The notes: generated from the sequence alone by a model not told the origin. A DNA stretch of 64,000 nucleotides from Auanema rhodensis (GCA_964057225.1 OZ059896.1:9176001-9240000), one strand, 5' to 3'. Shown: positions 44,078 through 58,951, numbered from the stretch's first letter. Made by a program: numbers and translations.

Positions 44078-47000
44078 TCATACAGATGCTGTTACTGTTG
44101 AAGCTGCTTCTGCTGCTTGTACTTGCTCCTGGAGACTTCGTTTTCTTCGTGGTAAAGATTTGTTTAACGTTGTATTTCCAGGAAATACAGGATATCCTTT
44201 ACGTGTTCGGAAGCTGTAAAGGAAAAATTGAAATATAAGGATGAAGAAAGAAAAATTAAAAAAGTAAAATGAGCTGGATTATAGCTTAAAGATTAGTATT
44301 GAACTTAAAAATAAACTAAACAAACAAAAAAATTCTAAAATGATCACAAAATAGTTGAAATCGATTACCCATATACGAGCAAATTAATGAGCAAAATCAC
44401 AAACAAAAAGTTGAAAGCGTATATTTCTAGCTGAAATTTACCTTTTATTTGCTGGCGAAGCAACTGGAGTTGATGGCGGTGTTAAATTTGATAAAGATGT
44501 TGCTTGAGTTTTTGGAATTGTTAATCCTCGATGAACTGGACGAGGGCTGGCTTGCCCCATCAGAGTTGGTATTGATGATTTCGGCTGAGGTGTTGGTGTT
44601 CCTGGAGATGTTGGACCTGAGTCTGATGATGATTTGGCTTGATTTGAACGAGTGGGTAAGCGAGAAGGGGTCGGGAGGCGAGAAAGAGCAGAAGCTTGGT
44701 TAGAACGACTCGGGGTTGCACTACTGAAGCCACTACTTGAATTAGATAATGACTCAAAACCTTAAAAAACAAAAACAAATCATACACTTATTCTACATGC
44801 TCTAATCCTACCGCTAACAATTTTCTTAACGGAATCTTTACGTACTACCATGTTTTCTATTGTAGCTTGCTTTTTTGAGTCATCTACATCGTCGTCGTCA
44901 TCGTCTTCTTCTTCTTCATCTTCGATGTCACGAGAGTCATCAGAATCTTCGCGTGATTCTCGTCCACTGTCAACTGATTTTGGTTCGCTTCTCGGAGATT
45001 CTTGACTTTGCATATCTTGTGGATCTTCAGATTCAACAGAATCACTTGATGATACCATATCATGCTCTATTGTTACAGAAGCACTTTTGGACTAAAAATA
45101 AGAAATCCAGACATATTGTTGTGAATATCAACAATTACCTCTTCGGGTAATTCTGGAATAGTGATAAGCATCGGTACAAATCGTCTCATCCGAATACGAT
45201 CTCGAGCAACATCGATCATTCGTCTCAAATCATATAGAAATTGCTCAGCCATAGCGGGGGGATTTTCCATGTAATCACGATCAAGATATTCTGAAATGTC
45301 TGAATACCTTTCTTATTGTTTTGATATAACCATACCAGCACTGAAAAATAGTCGTTTCTTTTGAGAAGTACCATCAGTTGGGGAGAGAGGAGAGCCAAAA
45401 TCATTTGGATTCTGTGAAAGGCCAGTTGGTGACATTTGATCATGAGGAGTGAACTCATTTGGCGAAGCTCCTAAAGACATTTGAGCTGCAGCTACAGCAG
45501 CCTAAAGAGAATATATAAGTAATTGAAAGAAGTTTGTGTGGAAACTGAAGTACCTTATGAGCCTCTTGTTGTTGTTTGAAATGATACAAGAACTGCATTT
45601 GAATATCAGATATTAGTTGTTGTTTCTTTCTTCTCCAACACATTTGCCAAATAAAGAATGTTCCAAGTAAAGTTAGAATTAATAATCCAGCTAGTAATAG
45701 TGCTACACCAAATTCAGGATTTCGATTATCTTCTCCATTTTTGTATGGATTTGTACCTATATGCAGTTTATGTATATATATGGAATATTATATGTATTGA
45801 TCATACCGGATACACCAGCAACTCGGAACGATATACAGTGTTCATCAGCTAGAAAACCTTCACATGAAACTTTAAGTTGAACTACAGCTCCAACCAATAC
45901 ATTCGAATCATGATCTGATCCACGAAACTGAAATTTTGAAATTTGTTTACTTATCTTTTAATTCTAAATTAGCTGTTTTATATGGAATATGGATGTTATT
46001 GCTAATTTTATATATTCAGGTGACCTCGCAAAGATAAGGAAAATAGGAACGAATTGATTTAAAGAAAAGGAGAACATGATGAGATATCGAGGAGATTGAG
46101 AGACCAAATGAGGAACAGATATTGGAAGTATACGTATAATCTTGATGAGAGATATGTGAAAAACAATAAAAATAAAGACTAAAAATCAAAATATTAATCT
46201 AAATTTTACATGAAAAATCGAATAACTTCAATAATTTCAATATAACTAACCATTATAACAGTTTGTCCTCCAGCTGTTAAAAGAGTAAACATATGTCGTT
46301 TTGAGGCAGGTCGCCATCTATGAGAAATATTTTCAAAATATATTCCGGTAATTGAACAATTAACAGCTCCAGTAGGAGATACATCTATACCACTTTCTAA
46401 AAATGTTTTAATTCAAAGAAAGAAATTTTTATGATGTGGTTATGCATGTTTACTTGTTAATTTCAGTCTTCAAAGTAATTTTTGACACAGTTTACTAATT
46501 TCTTTCAACTTCGTGCTTGTTTCTTTATCTAATGAAAACAACCATTTTGGCTAAAAGCCAATATATTTCTTTCTTATATATATATATATATGATTTTTAG
46601 CTTTCTTTTGAAGTCACAAAGTATATAATACAGAAAGAGAAAGGAAATATACAAGGTCATTGTCGGTATCAGATAAAGAAATTGAGACTCAGTTAACAAT
46701 TACGTATATTGATTTAAATACGTATATATATATTATATTTTATTATATATATAAAGTTAAATAAAAGTATTTATAAATAAAATATTAATTTTAAAACATT
46801 TTTACCTTTCCATAAAATTTTAGTTCGAGGAAGAACAACACCATTATGTGCAGGTAAAGTAACAACAGGTAAATATTTCTCAGTTATATGTGATGATTCA
46901 AAAGGAATATTATGTCTACATTCATCTGAAACAAAATATTTTATTTATTTATTAAGTTTATATATTTATTTTTTTAATTTTTAATCTTTTTTTTTGAAAA

Positions 47001-49204
47001 TATAAGTTAAAATTAATAATATTATTCTTAATTTATGATATATAAAAATTGTCTTCGTCTTTTGTTTCATTTTACTTTTCTAATTGTTTAATTTCTTCAA
47101 AACATTTTGTTTAGTTTTAATTGTCTAACAATTCTTCAAAATGTAAAAAAAAAGAAATTAGATATTAATTTGTTGTAAATATCTTTCGGTTTTTTTTTCG
47201 TAAATGGAACGACAGGTCCTGGGGCAGTTGACATCGGCGCCGCTTGTGTGATGGATGGTCAACGGACCCAGAGAGGTGCTACTGAGAAGACATAAAGAGA
47301 AGGAAAGAGAGAAAGATAAAAGGAGAATAGATGTACAAGATGAGAAAGTTGTTGTTGTAGTGAAGCAGTTCATATTAGAAAGAAATGCTTTTCCTTTTTC
47401 ATAATCTTATTGAAAACGAGAGAAATAGAAGAGAGGCAGGATGATGAAAAAGCTTACGATGATCATGCTTTAAGTTCTTTTTCTTTCATCCAGCTGTATT
47501 TCCACGTTATCAATATCTCATCAGAACCATATCATTTCATTGAAAGGAAAAGTTTTATGAGAAATAACATTCTTTGAACTAAATTATGTTCTTTCACTAA
47601 TATATCATTCTATGTATATATAATATGAAAAGAAGTTGTAATAATTGAACTTTTTGATCATTTAATTCAATTTAAAGAATAAATATTATTAAACTATTTG
47701 ATGTTAAACAATATAAAAGATATTATTATATCATTTCACAAATAATATACTATATATCTCATATTAATTGTGAAAAAAGTAGTTCACATGAAATCATTTG
47801 AATCTAAATCTTAATACTTTCTCATCCAATTAACATTAAATTGAGACTTTCGTAGAATAATCAGTGTTTCTTCTTCTTCTTCTTCTTCTTTAATTTTCGA
47901 TAGAGGTCAATACAAATACATAGCGATTAAAGTATGGATATAACCAGAATATTAGTTAAAGTCAATTCTTTTAATAACATTATTCTGTTGAATTTTAGAA
48001 GATATTACCCCCCTTCGTATGTCGATCTCTCTCTCTTTCTCTCTCTATTACATTCTTTCTTTTTCTTTTTTTTTTCTGAATTATAGAATGTCATTCTGAA
48101 AAAAAGTTATGTTCACAATTGCTTGAAGGAAGTATTTCTACGATGACACTCAATACCTACTGGTTATGCTCCGGGGAAAAAAATTCGTTTTCTTCAAAAT
48201 ATCTGCTGATGATTCTAAGAAATAGGTTTGCAGGCAATTTTTCGGTTAATTGCGCTGTTCATTCTTCTTGATGATGCGTAGCGAATTTTCAACATTTCAT
48301 TGTCATTATCAAAACCATGATCATAACGATAGTGTGGCTAAATGATTGTGGTCGTAGCTGTGATTGAGGCGGACACTTCGTGATAATGATGATGATGGAG
48401 ATGATGACGACGTCATGAAAAACATGAAGAACATTACCAATAGCATGATGAAGATGATGATAGAAGTGATAGCGTGGGATACATATATGAACTAATTGAT
48501 ATATGTATTATATGTAATGAATGATAAGCGAAAAACAGAAAGTAATATAATGATCCGATAATTCGATTGATGACGTTAAACAGTATAAACGAGCATGATT
48601 AGAAAGAAATTTTGTTTGTTTAGGTATGGATATCAAAAAACTTGTTTAAGAAGTTTCATTAAAAGGACAAATGAACTTATATACTTTAAAAGTTATTTCT
48701 TTAATAGTTAAATATGAATAGTATATGGAATATAAAGTACAAAGATGGGCCAAAAAACCATTACTTGATCAAAAATTATTAATAGTTCATCTTATGGTAT
48801 TTTGATTTTCATCAAAATTAAATGAAAGTTCAATAACTATTATGATATCATATTCTATTTTAATTATTCTATTTTGTTATTTATTTAAAATAATAATGTA
48901 ACTAACCAAGTTTGTTAACACAATAACCTGCTGTATTGAGATATACAGGTTGATCTTCGGGACAGATGCAGCTACAGGATTCAGTAATTGAGGTATTTAA
49001 GCCTTTTTTGCTCAAACTAGATGAATCAAGTGCATGAAAAAGTTCGTCACATGAGGGTGGACAAACGGAAGGAAGAAGAGTATCTGGTAGTGAAGATTGA
49101 CGAATGACAGATGATAATATAGCTTCAATAGGTGCTGATTGAACTACGAATATAGTAGCAAATATTGTATTAAAAACTAATAAAATTTTTAGTTCATAAA
49201 ACAT
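44078..49204 (-). CDS. Shavenoid-like single-pass type I membrane protein
   Basis: Signal peptide; Cys-rich CSCICPEDQPVYLNTAGYCVNKLDEC ectodomain; TM (VALLLAGLLILTLLGTFFIW); cytoplasmic KRLFFS..YMENPPAMAEQFLYDLRRMIDVARDRIRMRRFVPMLITIPELPE block like Drosophila Shavenoid; acidic and Ser/Pro-rich tail. Confidence 0.72.
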
Positions 49205-51371
49205 ATTTAGCTGAGAAAAGAAAACCTATCGATTTCGTCTAAGCTTTATCGATATTGAATGAATGGAATATAGTGTATCTACAAACGGACAAGTTGCCGA
49301 AGTCGTTATGCTATCCTGGGGCGTCTGGAATACTAGAACTTTGAAAATACCAAGTTATGGAGCAAGTTATGTAAATAGATCACTAAGACTGAATTATTAT
49401 CAATATTTGTATGTAGTTTATAGGAACTACATGGACAAATAATAGGTAATGCTGAGATTAAAAAGATATAAGTGATTATAGATGGTATTGGCTGGTTTGG
49501 AGATGGCTGGCTAGGCGGTGACTTGCAGTTGGTTAGTGGGGGGGGGGGGAAGGAAGAGGTGGTAGAAGGGGACGAACTGTCCGCTTGTGAGAAGGAAGAA
49601 GACGAAGAGAGAAATCACTGTAACCAGTGAGAGAACAGGGTCAGAGAGTTACGATAGATGGTTTGAATGGAAGAGATGTGTTTGAGACAGTATTCAGGCA
49701 GGGGCTATGGTATATGATGGATACAAGAGAAGTGCGATGTAATGAAAAGATGTAATAAAATAGGAGAATTTAGATGATCAAAGAAAAAGAAAGAAAATAA
49801 GAGAATGAGTTTGTGTGAGAGAAAAAGGAAGAACAAGAAAAAGATAGAATAGTACAAAGTTGAAAGAGAAGTGATAGACTGTGAGAGAGGTACTCCTTCT
49901 TCTCCAGTTATGCGTCTCTTCTGTATTTCTACCGACGACAGCGACGTAGACGATTACGACGGTGACGACGAAACTACGAACAGTCTTGACTGTACAAGAC
50001 GATAACCTGCGATTGGCTATTCTGATAACGGATGAACTAGCAAATCGAGGGCTGTAGGAACCCCCTGCAAGGACAAAATGATCTCGGAACGATGAAGAGG
50101 AGTCGTTCTTCAGTTGACTTCAGAAGACAAGATCGGTGGCCGGTCCAAGACTATCTAAAGTAAAGAGGGGGAGAGAGAAATAGAAAGGGAAAGAGTGATA
50201 GTATAAATAGTTGCGATATGAAGAAAAGTAGTAAAGATATGTATTCAGAACAATTGAAATCATGTTGATGACGATAACGTAACACGACGGATAACATAAG
50301 GTTCGGACAGTAAATATCATTTATCATAAAATCTATTAACATACATATATGAACATTTATTTTGGAAATATAACATTAGCAATCTGTTAATTATATTTAT
50401 TAATATTCAATTATATTTTTATTTTATTCTGATTCTTCGATCTTTTGAGTTTTCTCTAATGTTTTTATGGAGGGGTAGAAGAAGGGGCTGGGGGAAACAA
50501 TCAAATGTATCGCTCATATGTTACTGATCTCTCGACATGATCTCGTGTGTGAAGTGTTGTTATGAAGATTCTTAACTATAAGATAGATGTAATCGTCTGA
50601 ACTCAAAGTCTATTTCTTGTTGTTGAAACACACAATCCAAACTTTTGATGTACTGTATAAATTCGAATTAGCATAAAGATATTACGTGAATGAAAAGATT
50701 CACGCATTCTGATACTTGCAACTCATTTTGAAGTTTGTCATCACAGTAACCGGTTGCACATATACAAACATTAGTATAGTTTAATAGCTTAACTATATGA
50801 ATTACTATATACTAAGGACATGTACGTATGTATGTAAGTATATTACATATGATGAAACTATATGAACATGTATTTAATAAAATTATGTATGTACATTGAT
50901 GAAGAATTAAATACAAAACACTATTTTGTTTAAATATTTTTATTAAATTGATCATTTTATAAATATTTTTACCAAAAAAAAGCAAATAAAAATAATTAAT
51001 TACATTTTTTTTTCATTTCTTACACAGAGTAGCAACAGTTGATTTTTAAGAGCAAATTGATAAGTATTTCTTTGTTTTTTTTTGTTTTGATTGATAGAAA
51101 TACCGTTTTTTGATATAATTTCATTACTTTTTCTTTCAATTTATTACTCATTTGAAACATTTAATTCAACAACAAAAAACTTTATTAGAATACTACAAGA
51201 GCTGATAGGTAGTAGAAGGAGAAGAACGATGGAGCGGGTATAGGGATCATGAACACAGATGAAGTGAGTGTAGTGTGAATATCGATGGAAATCAATTTCT
51301 TATTTATAACTTTAAAAGTATTCATACTAGACAAGTTGTGAGATTTATGCTTTTCTTCGTTAAATCTAACA

Positions 51372-51862
51372 CTACTTGACTAAATTCACTAGTTGCTCAT
51401 CCGCATATGCTATTGGTTGTGTAAATGATCTCTGAAAGACAAAAAATAATTTTTAAAGTTCAAGTTTTCATGTTCAGTAATCTCAGAAAGAAATCTAACG
51501 TAACGGAAAAAAACAAAAAGAAGAACAAAAAAATTAATTTGCAACTTACTTTGTTGAAGCTGGGCTCAGCCAGCATCGATGACCATAGCCGTGAGTTAAA
51601 GCCGGGACGGAAGTTACCTCGGCCAGAAACGAGAGCTCCTCCAGATGGTGATAAATGTGACCATTTAGCAGCGCGTACAAAGTACTCAGCTATAAGAAAT
51701 GATTGAGAAGAAAGAAAAAAAAATTAAATTTGTTGCAAATTTATAAAATTGAGTTATTTACAATTATAAAAAAATACAATATGAATACTCACAGTTTGCT
51801 GTAGCCATAACCAAGCAGGCACATAGCAGCATTACGGTAGCTATACGTCCAAGTGAGCTCAT
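51372..51862 (-). CDS. 89-aa secreted neuropeptide-like precursor with an RPamide-like GRGNFRPG motif
   Basis: Exons 51862-51793, 51689-51550 and 51431-51372 with GTGAGT and GTAAGT donors: MSSLGRIATVMLLCACLVMATANSEYFVRAAKWSHLSPSGGALVSGRGNFRPGFNSRLWSSMLAEPSFNKRSFTQPIAYADEQLVNLVK*. Confidence 0.85.
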
Positions 51863-53450
51863 TATGACGTGAATAATTTTTGATTGGTTTAGAAAAAGTT
51901 CCTTGTAGACTACTGAGGAATAGGAAGACAAAGTCCACGAAGTTGATTGGCTATAAAGAATATAGAATATATGTATAAACTAAATATATATATATATATA
52001 TACATGTATATATGTATACACATATAGTATAATATGTAAAATATTTTGAAGAAAAAGAAAATACGAAAAGAAAGAAAGAATTGAAATAGTAATGTAATGT
52101 ACGATAGAGCAGCAAAACTAGTAGTGACAGCATTGAGTATAATAAGAAATAAATTATGAGAATATCGAATTTCCTAATTATTTAGTCTTTTAGCTATTGT
52201 ATTTTCATTTTCATTAAAGATATCATTATTCTTACCCAAAACTTTTTATTTGTTAGATGCAAAAAAAAAATCCTAAAGAGCTTGTTAATCAAAAAAATGG
52301 AATGGAAAAATAATTTGAGCATACTCCAGAGGAAAAAGCTGAAATTAAACGCAGCATTCTGGCACAGGATCGGGATTCGAAATAAGCTGCATCAGGCAAA
52401 CAGAAGATGAACTTCCTTTACTAAGAATAATTGTCTATACGAAGTTCTGACTAACAGAATTAGAAATAAGACACACAAATGATGATAGAGATTGAATAGA
52501 AAAGATGAATGAATTGAAATACATAGAAATCTTTGAATGTCATGATTTGGCTCCTTTTGGCACATGAGTAATGAGCTACAGGAAAGATGACGTTGAGAAT
52601 GCTTATTGTAGATACTAATACTAATTCATAAAAATAAAAAAGACTTATATTACCACCAATTGAACATGCTTATCAAGTATATAATTATGAGGAGGAAGGA
52701 CTATCTACTCAATTGCATACGTAAACAACCTAAGAGGTTTTTAATATTGTTTTGAAATAAAAAAATATTATTAATACATGGATAATTCATAGTAATTGTA
52801 ATTTAACATTAAATATATTCTATTAGCATATTTAAATAAAAAAGAAAATAATATGAGAAGATTCGTTTGATATTCAAGAATCTAGAATTGAAGGTTTGTG
52901 GACATTGAACTGTATGATTAGGCGAAAAAATCAAAATACCCGGATTGTTCCCAGCTGAAACATCAAAAGTTTCACATCTTTCGCGCTGACTTGATATGGT
53001 AACCAGATGATATGAACATCAGTTTCTTATATAATATTGAAGTTTTTTTTAGTAAAAACGATCTTAGATATTGAAGATAATAATGATAAATTGAAATAAT
53101 TTCAAAATCATTTGATAATACAAAAAAACCTATAATTATAATAATATTAAGGCATGGGATATGATGATAGAACGTAGGCGATTTGAACATTTCATTATTG
53201 CGAAATGATCATATTTTTTGAAGAAAATATGAATAAAAGGTAGTCAATATATAAATTAATAAGATACAAATGTCATGATTTATGAACTGAAAATATTCAT
53301 TGGAACATCGTTTTTTGTTTTTTTTTCTTGTTACGTCACTTTCTAATCCAATCCAACGCCTACTTTTGCGCTTCATTATTTTTAGTAAACTTCAACAAAA
53401 TATTTCTATATATATACATATTTTTGAATATAGAAATATAAAGAGAGAAG

Positions 53451-53454
<4 letters not shown>

Positions 53455-53509
<55 letters not shown>
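53455..53509. repeat. (GA)n microsatellite
   Basis: GA run; it produces the spurious ERERER ORF at 53300. Confidence 0.95.
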
Positions 53510-56500
53510 CTATATATTTATTTTTACAATATCATAAAATAAATAGTATTTTATACTATATACATATAGTATATTACACAAATTCTTCTATTTTTCAAAA
53601 AAAAAAAAAAAGAATCTTTATCTATATTTTACTCATTTTAATAGAAATATTTTTAAGTTTTGACTTTTTAAGCTCAGAATATGGAAATACATAGATCAAA
53701 TATAAAAAAAGTGCTGGTACAAACTAACTTTTGAATTGAAAAAACAATGTTTAGAGTACATAGTAGTTAGTATAATTCTATTCTATATATGGAAGACGAA
53801 AAAGAACATGGATCAGAAGAATGATTGAGAATCTGTGAGTCATGTCAGAATAAAGCAATCAGTTTATTCAGTTTTTTTAGAAAAAATAAAGAAAGAAAAA
53901 ATGAAACTTTTATATAATATTAACAATTAGGTGTAATATGGATTTATTGGAAGAAAATAAACAATGGGAGGAAGTCAATTCCAATTTTTTTAGTTTCTTC
54001 CGGCTTTTGTTCGTAAATAAAAAAAAATTTTAAGCAAAATTTGTGAGTTTTCACAACAAACAAGTAAAATAGCTTCGAGATAATAGCAGATTTGGTAACA
54101 ATGTTAACGGGTCAAACATAGTAAAGTAGTTCAGACAGCAAGAAGCTTGACAGCTTTCGGCAGGTTTGGACTGAGCACAGATTTTCTTATGAGGTGAAGC
54201 ATGTGAACGGGGTTAGATAAAGCCACCAGCAAAGAACTAGTACTAGCAAATATGCTCTTATACATCTTCCTTTTTATTTTAACCACTCCACGTTTTTTAT
54301 TTCAATATCTTTGCAACCTCTCCAGTTTCTCTGTATCTTGTTCTCTGGTATTTTTTTTCTTTTATATGGCTACTATCTCTTACTCATTTACACCCACCCT
54401 TCACATATTTCCTTTTTCTTCGTGCATACATACATAGTAATCTTTTTGACTTACCCTCCAGAAAACTCATTCTGCTTATATTAGTGTCATTCTCAGCTTC
54501 TATGGTTCTGCAATATCTGTATTTACATCGTTTTACACAATACCTCTGATGACGTTTTTTCATCAAGCTTATCCTATTCAACATGCTTCAGTTTAGTAAA
54601 AAGCTATTTGGTTAAGAGCTGTGTAACAATTTACCACACTCTTATACTTGATGATTAGCCTATTTCTGTATTTAACTACAAGAATTAACGACATGAAGGA
54701 CAAGCTAATCATTTCCAACTTCATCACATGTATTGTTTCACATGACGTTCACATTCATACTTCAATATTGTCTGTTTAGTATAACAATTGTTTCAAAAAT
54801 GGGAACAATATATTGAAAACATAGAAACGATATGGCCACTTCCTTTCAAGTATGTTACTCTTCAAAAGCTAAATGACACATATCACATGGTCACATAAAA
54901 CCATAATATATTTGGTTTTTTGTTAAAACAAAACGGAAGTAGGAAAACACTCAGAAAATCATTCAAAATGTTGCTTTATATGTGTATACATTTAAAGAAT
55001 TTTGTAGAATATTATTGAATATATAAGTATGTACATACTAAACAAATCTATAATTATACTAAATTTCATAATTATATCTCATAGATGATCAAAATATCTA
55101 AATGTTTTTTTTTCTAAATGAACAGATAAGTATATCATTGAACTCATACACATTGGAAATGTTTTTAATATTATAAATATATATTCAGTAGTCTGAAATT
55201 TTGAAGAAAAATGAAGAAACAAAAGTCTTTTGAGGGAAAATAAAATATTTCAAACATGATACATCTTTGATTTCAATACTATTGACATGAAATTTAAAAA
55301 TTAAGCAATGCTAAGTTTTCTATTCATCTTATCAGAATATTAATTAGAAAATTAGAAAAGAAAAAGAGAGAAGACTAAAGAAATTTATAAAAAATGAAAT
55401 CTGAAAAGTCGTAGTGAAGGAAATAAGGTGAAACATAAGTGCCGACCGTATTCTTCAAAGAAGTACAAAATCATAGTGGCGATGACATCATCAGAACTAA
55501 GCTCGAACTCATTAAATCCGATTTCATACTCTATAGCAAATTGGTTAGTGGTGGAAAAGGGTCAAGAATATTGCACAAAGTAAATTCATATTGTTATGCG
55601 AAAAAAAAAAAACCGAGACCTACATACAATATGTATGTATGTGTGCCTGTGTTTTGAAGTTAAAAAGAGTGCAAAAAAGAGCATAAATATATATATTATA
55701 CTATACTATACTAAACTAAACTATACCATATAAAGTAGATTAAATTATTTCAAACAATATAATTTAAAAAGTAATTGTATATATAGTTTTATACATATGT
55801 AATATATAAATGTATGTATGTACACACATTCATATACATATAGAAAGATATTATAATTGAAATGTTTCTTTTTTTTTTATAACTATTTATATATAGTTAT
55901 ACATACATATATTATTCACATGAGTATTTTGAATAATTACTCAAAAAACTTTGTTAAATGAGATTGTGATTTCATTTCCTCTTTTTTCATATAACATTAA
56001 TAAGCCGTCAAAAGATTACGGTGGAATACAACAGACTTTTTAATGAATAAAAAAAAAAATCTTAAAAATATTCAAAATAAAAAACATTTTTGTTAAATTC
56101 ATTAAACTAAATATGAATGAAGCTTATGATTATCTTAATTTCTTGTATTATATTTATAAAGAAATATAATGAATATGAAGGTATATACAGAGAACTGTAA
56201 AGAAGAAGAAGAAGAAGAAGACAAAAAAAAAGAGAAGAAAACAAAAGAAAAATTTATAAAAATGAAGAAAATATGAAAGAAAAAAAAATATTAAAAAGAA
56301 TATTGCTTACAATAATAGTTATATATGTATATATATATACTTATATACATAAAGTAAGTATATTATGCAATAAAAAATATAATTTACTATATATATATAT
56401 GTATATGTATGTATAAATATAATTTAATATGTTATACTTGTAGATACATCTATTTACTGGATAAAGCCTTCATTGCTTTTAGTCTGTAACACTACTTCAA

Positions 56501-58951
56501 AGAGAGAGAATAGAGATTTAATGGATGAAATGTATGGAAAACTCATGGTAAATTATAAAACAGATTCGACTATTAAGCATTAATGGTTGCAAAATCTGGA
56601 GAAAAAGAAGAGCAATAGACAATTTTTGTTGGCAATCAATTTGCTTTCAAATTGAAAAAAAAACTAATTTTTATAGTAATTATTGAATAAGCTGTTCATG
56701 AAATGGATTCTTGATAAATCACAATGTGTATTTTAACAATAAAGAAGATAAAAAAAAGAAAAGATATGTAAGTCCCATGAGTTTAAGTGTGTGTGTGTGT
56801 GTATGTGTGTGCATGTATATGTGTATGTTTTCTTTTTTTTTTTAAAAAACGATGAAAGTAAAAGATAGATGAAAGAATATATATATATATATAGTTTGTG
56901 AAGTTAAAGTTGAAGAAGAATAACTGATTTTAATATATTTTCAAATCAAAAGGACTTAGATACATACATGTAGCAAGTAACGACTTCTACAACTAAATAC
57001 AAAACAGTTTTTTATTATTTTTCTTTTAAAGAAATAGAAGATTTTGAACTTTGATAGAATACTAAAAAGAAATGAATCTAAGCAAAATAAAGAAGAAAAA
57101 TGAAAGATGAATATATAAGAAAAGATGTAGAAAGTTTGAAAATGCGTGGGAAGAATGAAATATACGCAAATTCTTAAGTTTAATCAAACATTACCAATCC
57201 TGAGAAATGAAACAAATTATTTTCACATATGTATATATAATTTTAATTTCCGTTTATGTAATAACGGCTATAGATTTATCAAGATCGTCTCTGAGAAAAT
57301 CTTTTTTTTTTATTTTATTTGTGCTTTTCCCATCTCAATTGAAAGTAAAAGTTAAACAAAAAAAAGGAAAAATTATTATTATTATTATTATTATAAAACT
57401 GAATGAAAATTTAGTATTTTTTTACTGAAAATATTGTTAATTGATAAAAAAATTGTGCCTAAGGATATATTATTAATCAAACAAGGTCATATTACTAAAA
57501 CGCATTTTACTAATAAATAACAATATTTATTTTATAAAAAATATATATATTATAGTATATACAAGATGAATATATAAATAATTTTTAAAAGAAAAATCAT
57601 ATATGGAAACAGAAAGAAAATGAATTATTGTAAATATTTGGCAAATAGCTTATACATCATCGTCGTATATCACATAAGAATAGTGAGAATTAAAAAAAAA
57701 GAATTTGAGAATTAGTATAAACGCAGTTAATACGATATCTAATCCAACTGAAGTCCATTAGAAGCGTTTTATATATTATTTGACCATTATATCTTAAGAT
57801 TATCATGATTTAAAGGTTATGAAGTATATAAAGATTTTATTGGATGTATGTTTATTATCATAATATTTACGTCACAAATCTTATTTTAATATTCAAAAAT
57901 CTTGTTTTATTCGCAACATTACTTAAGCTTAAACACATTTTACGTCATTTGAATTAAATCTTTTTGAACGATCAGCTTTTTTTCAGTAAAAGAAAAATAA
58001 TGAAATACGTAATAGAATCATCCTCAAAGGATAAGTGAGAGAGAGAGAGAGAGGGGGGAGTAGAAAGAGGTTGACAATGACACCAAAAATCTTCGCAGTG
58101 GGCAGCATCAATGTAGCTTCAATTATGAGATCAGGAACATTTTGCTCGAGTGGACAAGAATCCATAGAACTTTTTTGATTTTTCATCGAATGAATAGATA
58201 ATTAAATTAATTATATTCTTAGAATTCATCTTCATCTTCTGTATATGATGTAGCATGCATGTCTCCTCCAAACTTTGTCTTCTAATTATTCTTTTTAACT
58301 CAAATGTATAGTTTAAATATTTTTTTTTTGGAAATAAAAGAAATAATTGTTTATTATATTATATTTTACATAATTAAAATAAAATTAATTTAATTAATAT
58401 TAAAATTGGTTTGATTCATTGTTTTAAGTAATTACTATAGTATATATGACATATAACATTTAAAAAATAAAATTTTTTGTTTTTATTTTGTTCAAAACAA
58501 ATCAAAAAAATATGAAAAATTTCAAAATTTATTTAACAATTACCTTTGAATTAATAACAAAATATATATTCATCTATGATATTTCTATATATGAATAATA
58601 AATTAAAAAAATCTTTTTTCCACATCATCAGTATCGGTTGAAAGAACACTTATTTGATTTCTTAATAATTTCTATAAGAAACAAGATGAATATAAGAATG
58701 AAGTAGACGAATTTCAAATGATTCAACATCAATAAAATTTGAATTTTAAAATAATTTTTTTCAGTTCATTAAGAATATAAGTTTTATAAACTTTCTGATA
58801 TTATAAATGTACATAAACTAACTAAGTTATGTATGTATATCTTATTATTATCATCATATAATTTAAATGATTGACACGTTTTCATTAATTATGAATAAAA
58901 AAGTAAAAAAAAGTTTTAAATCGGAAAATATTTATAGGAATCTCATAATTT

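Noticed and set aside
44449-45150. Plus-strand ORFs 44449..44703 and 44875..45150
   Set aside because: Antisense shadows of Shavenoid-like coding exons.
53300-53542. 80-aa ORF containing ERERER
   Set aside because: Translation of a GA microsatellite.
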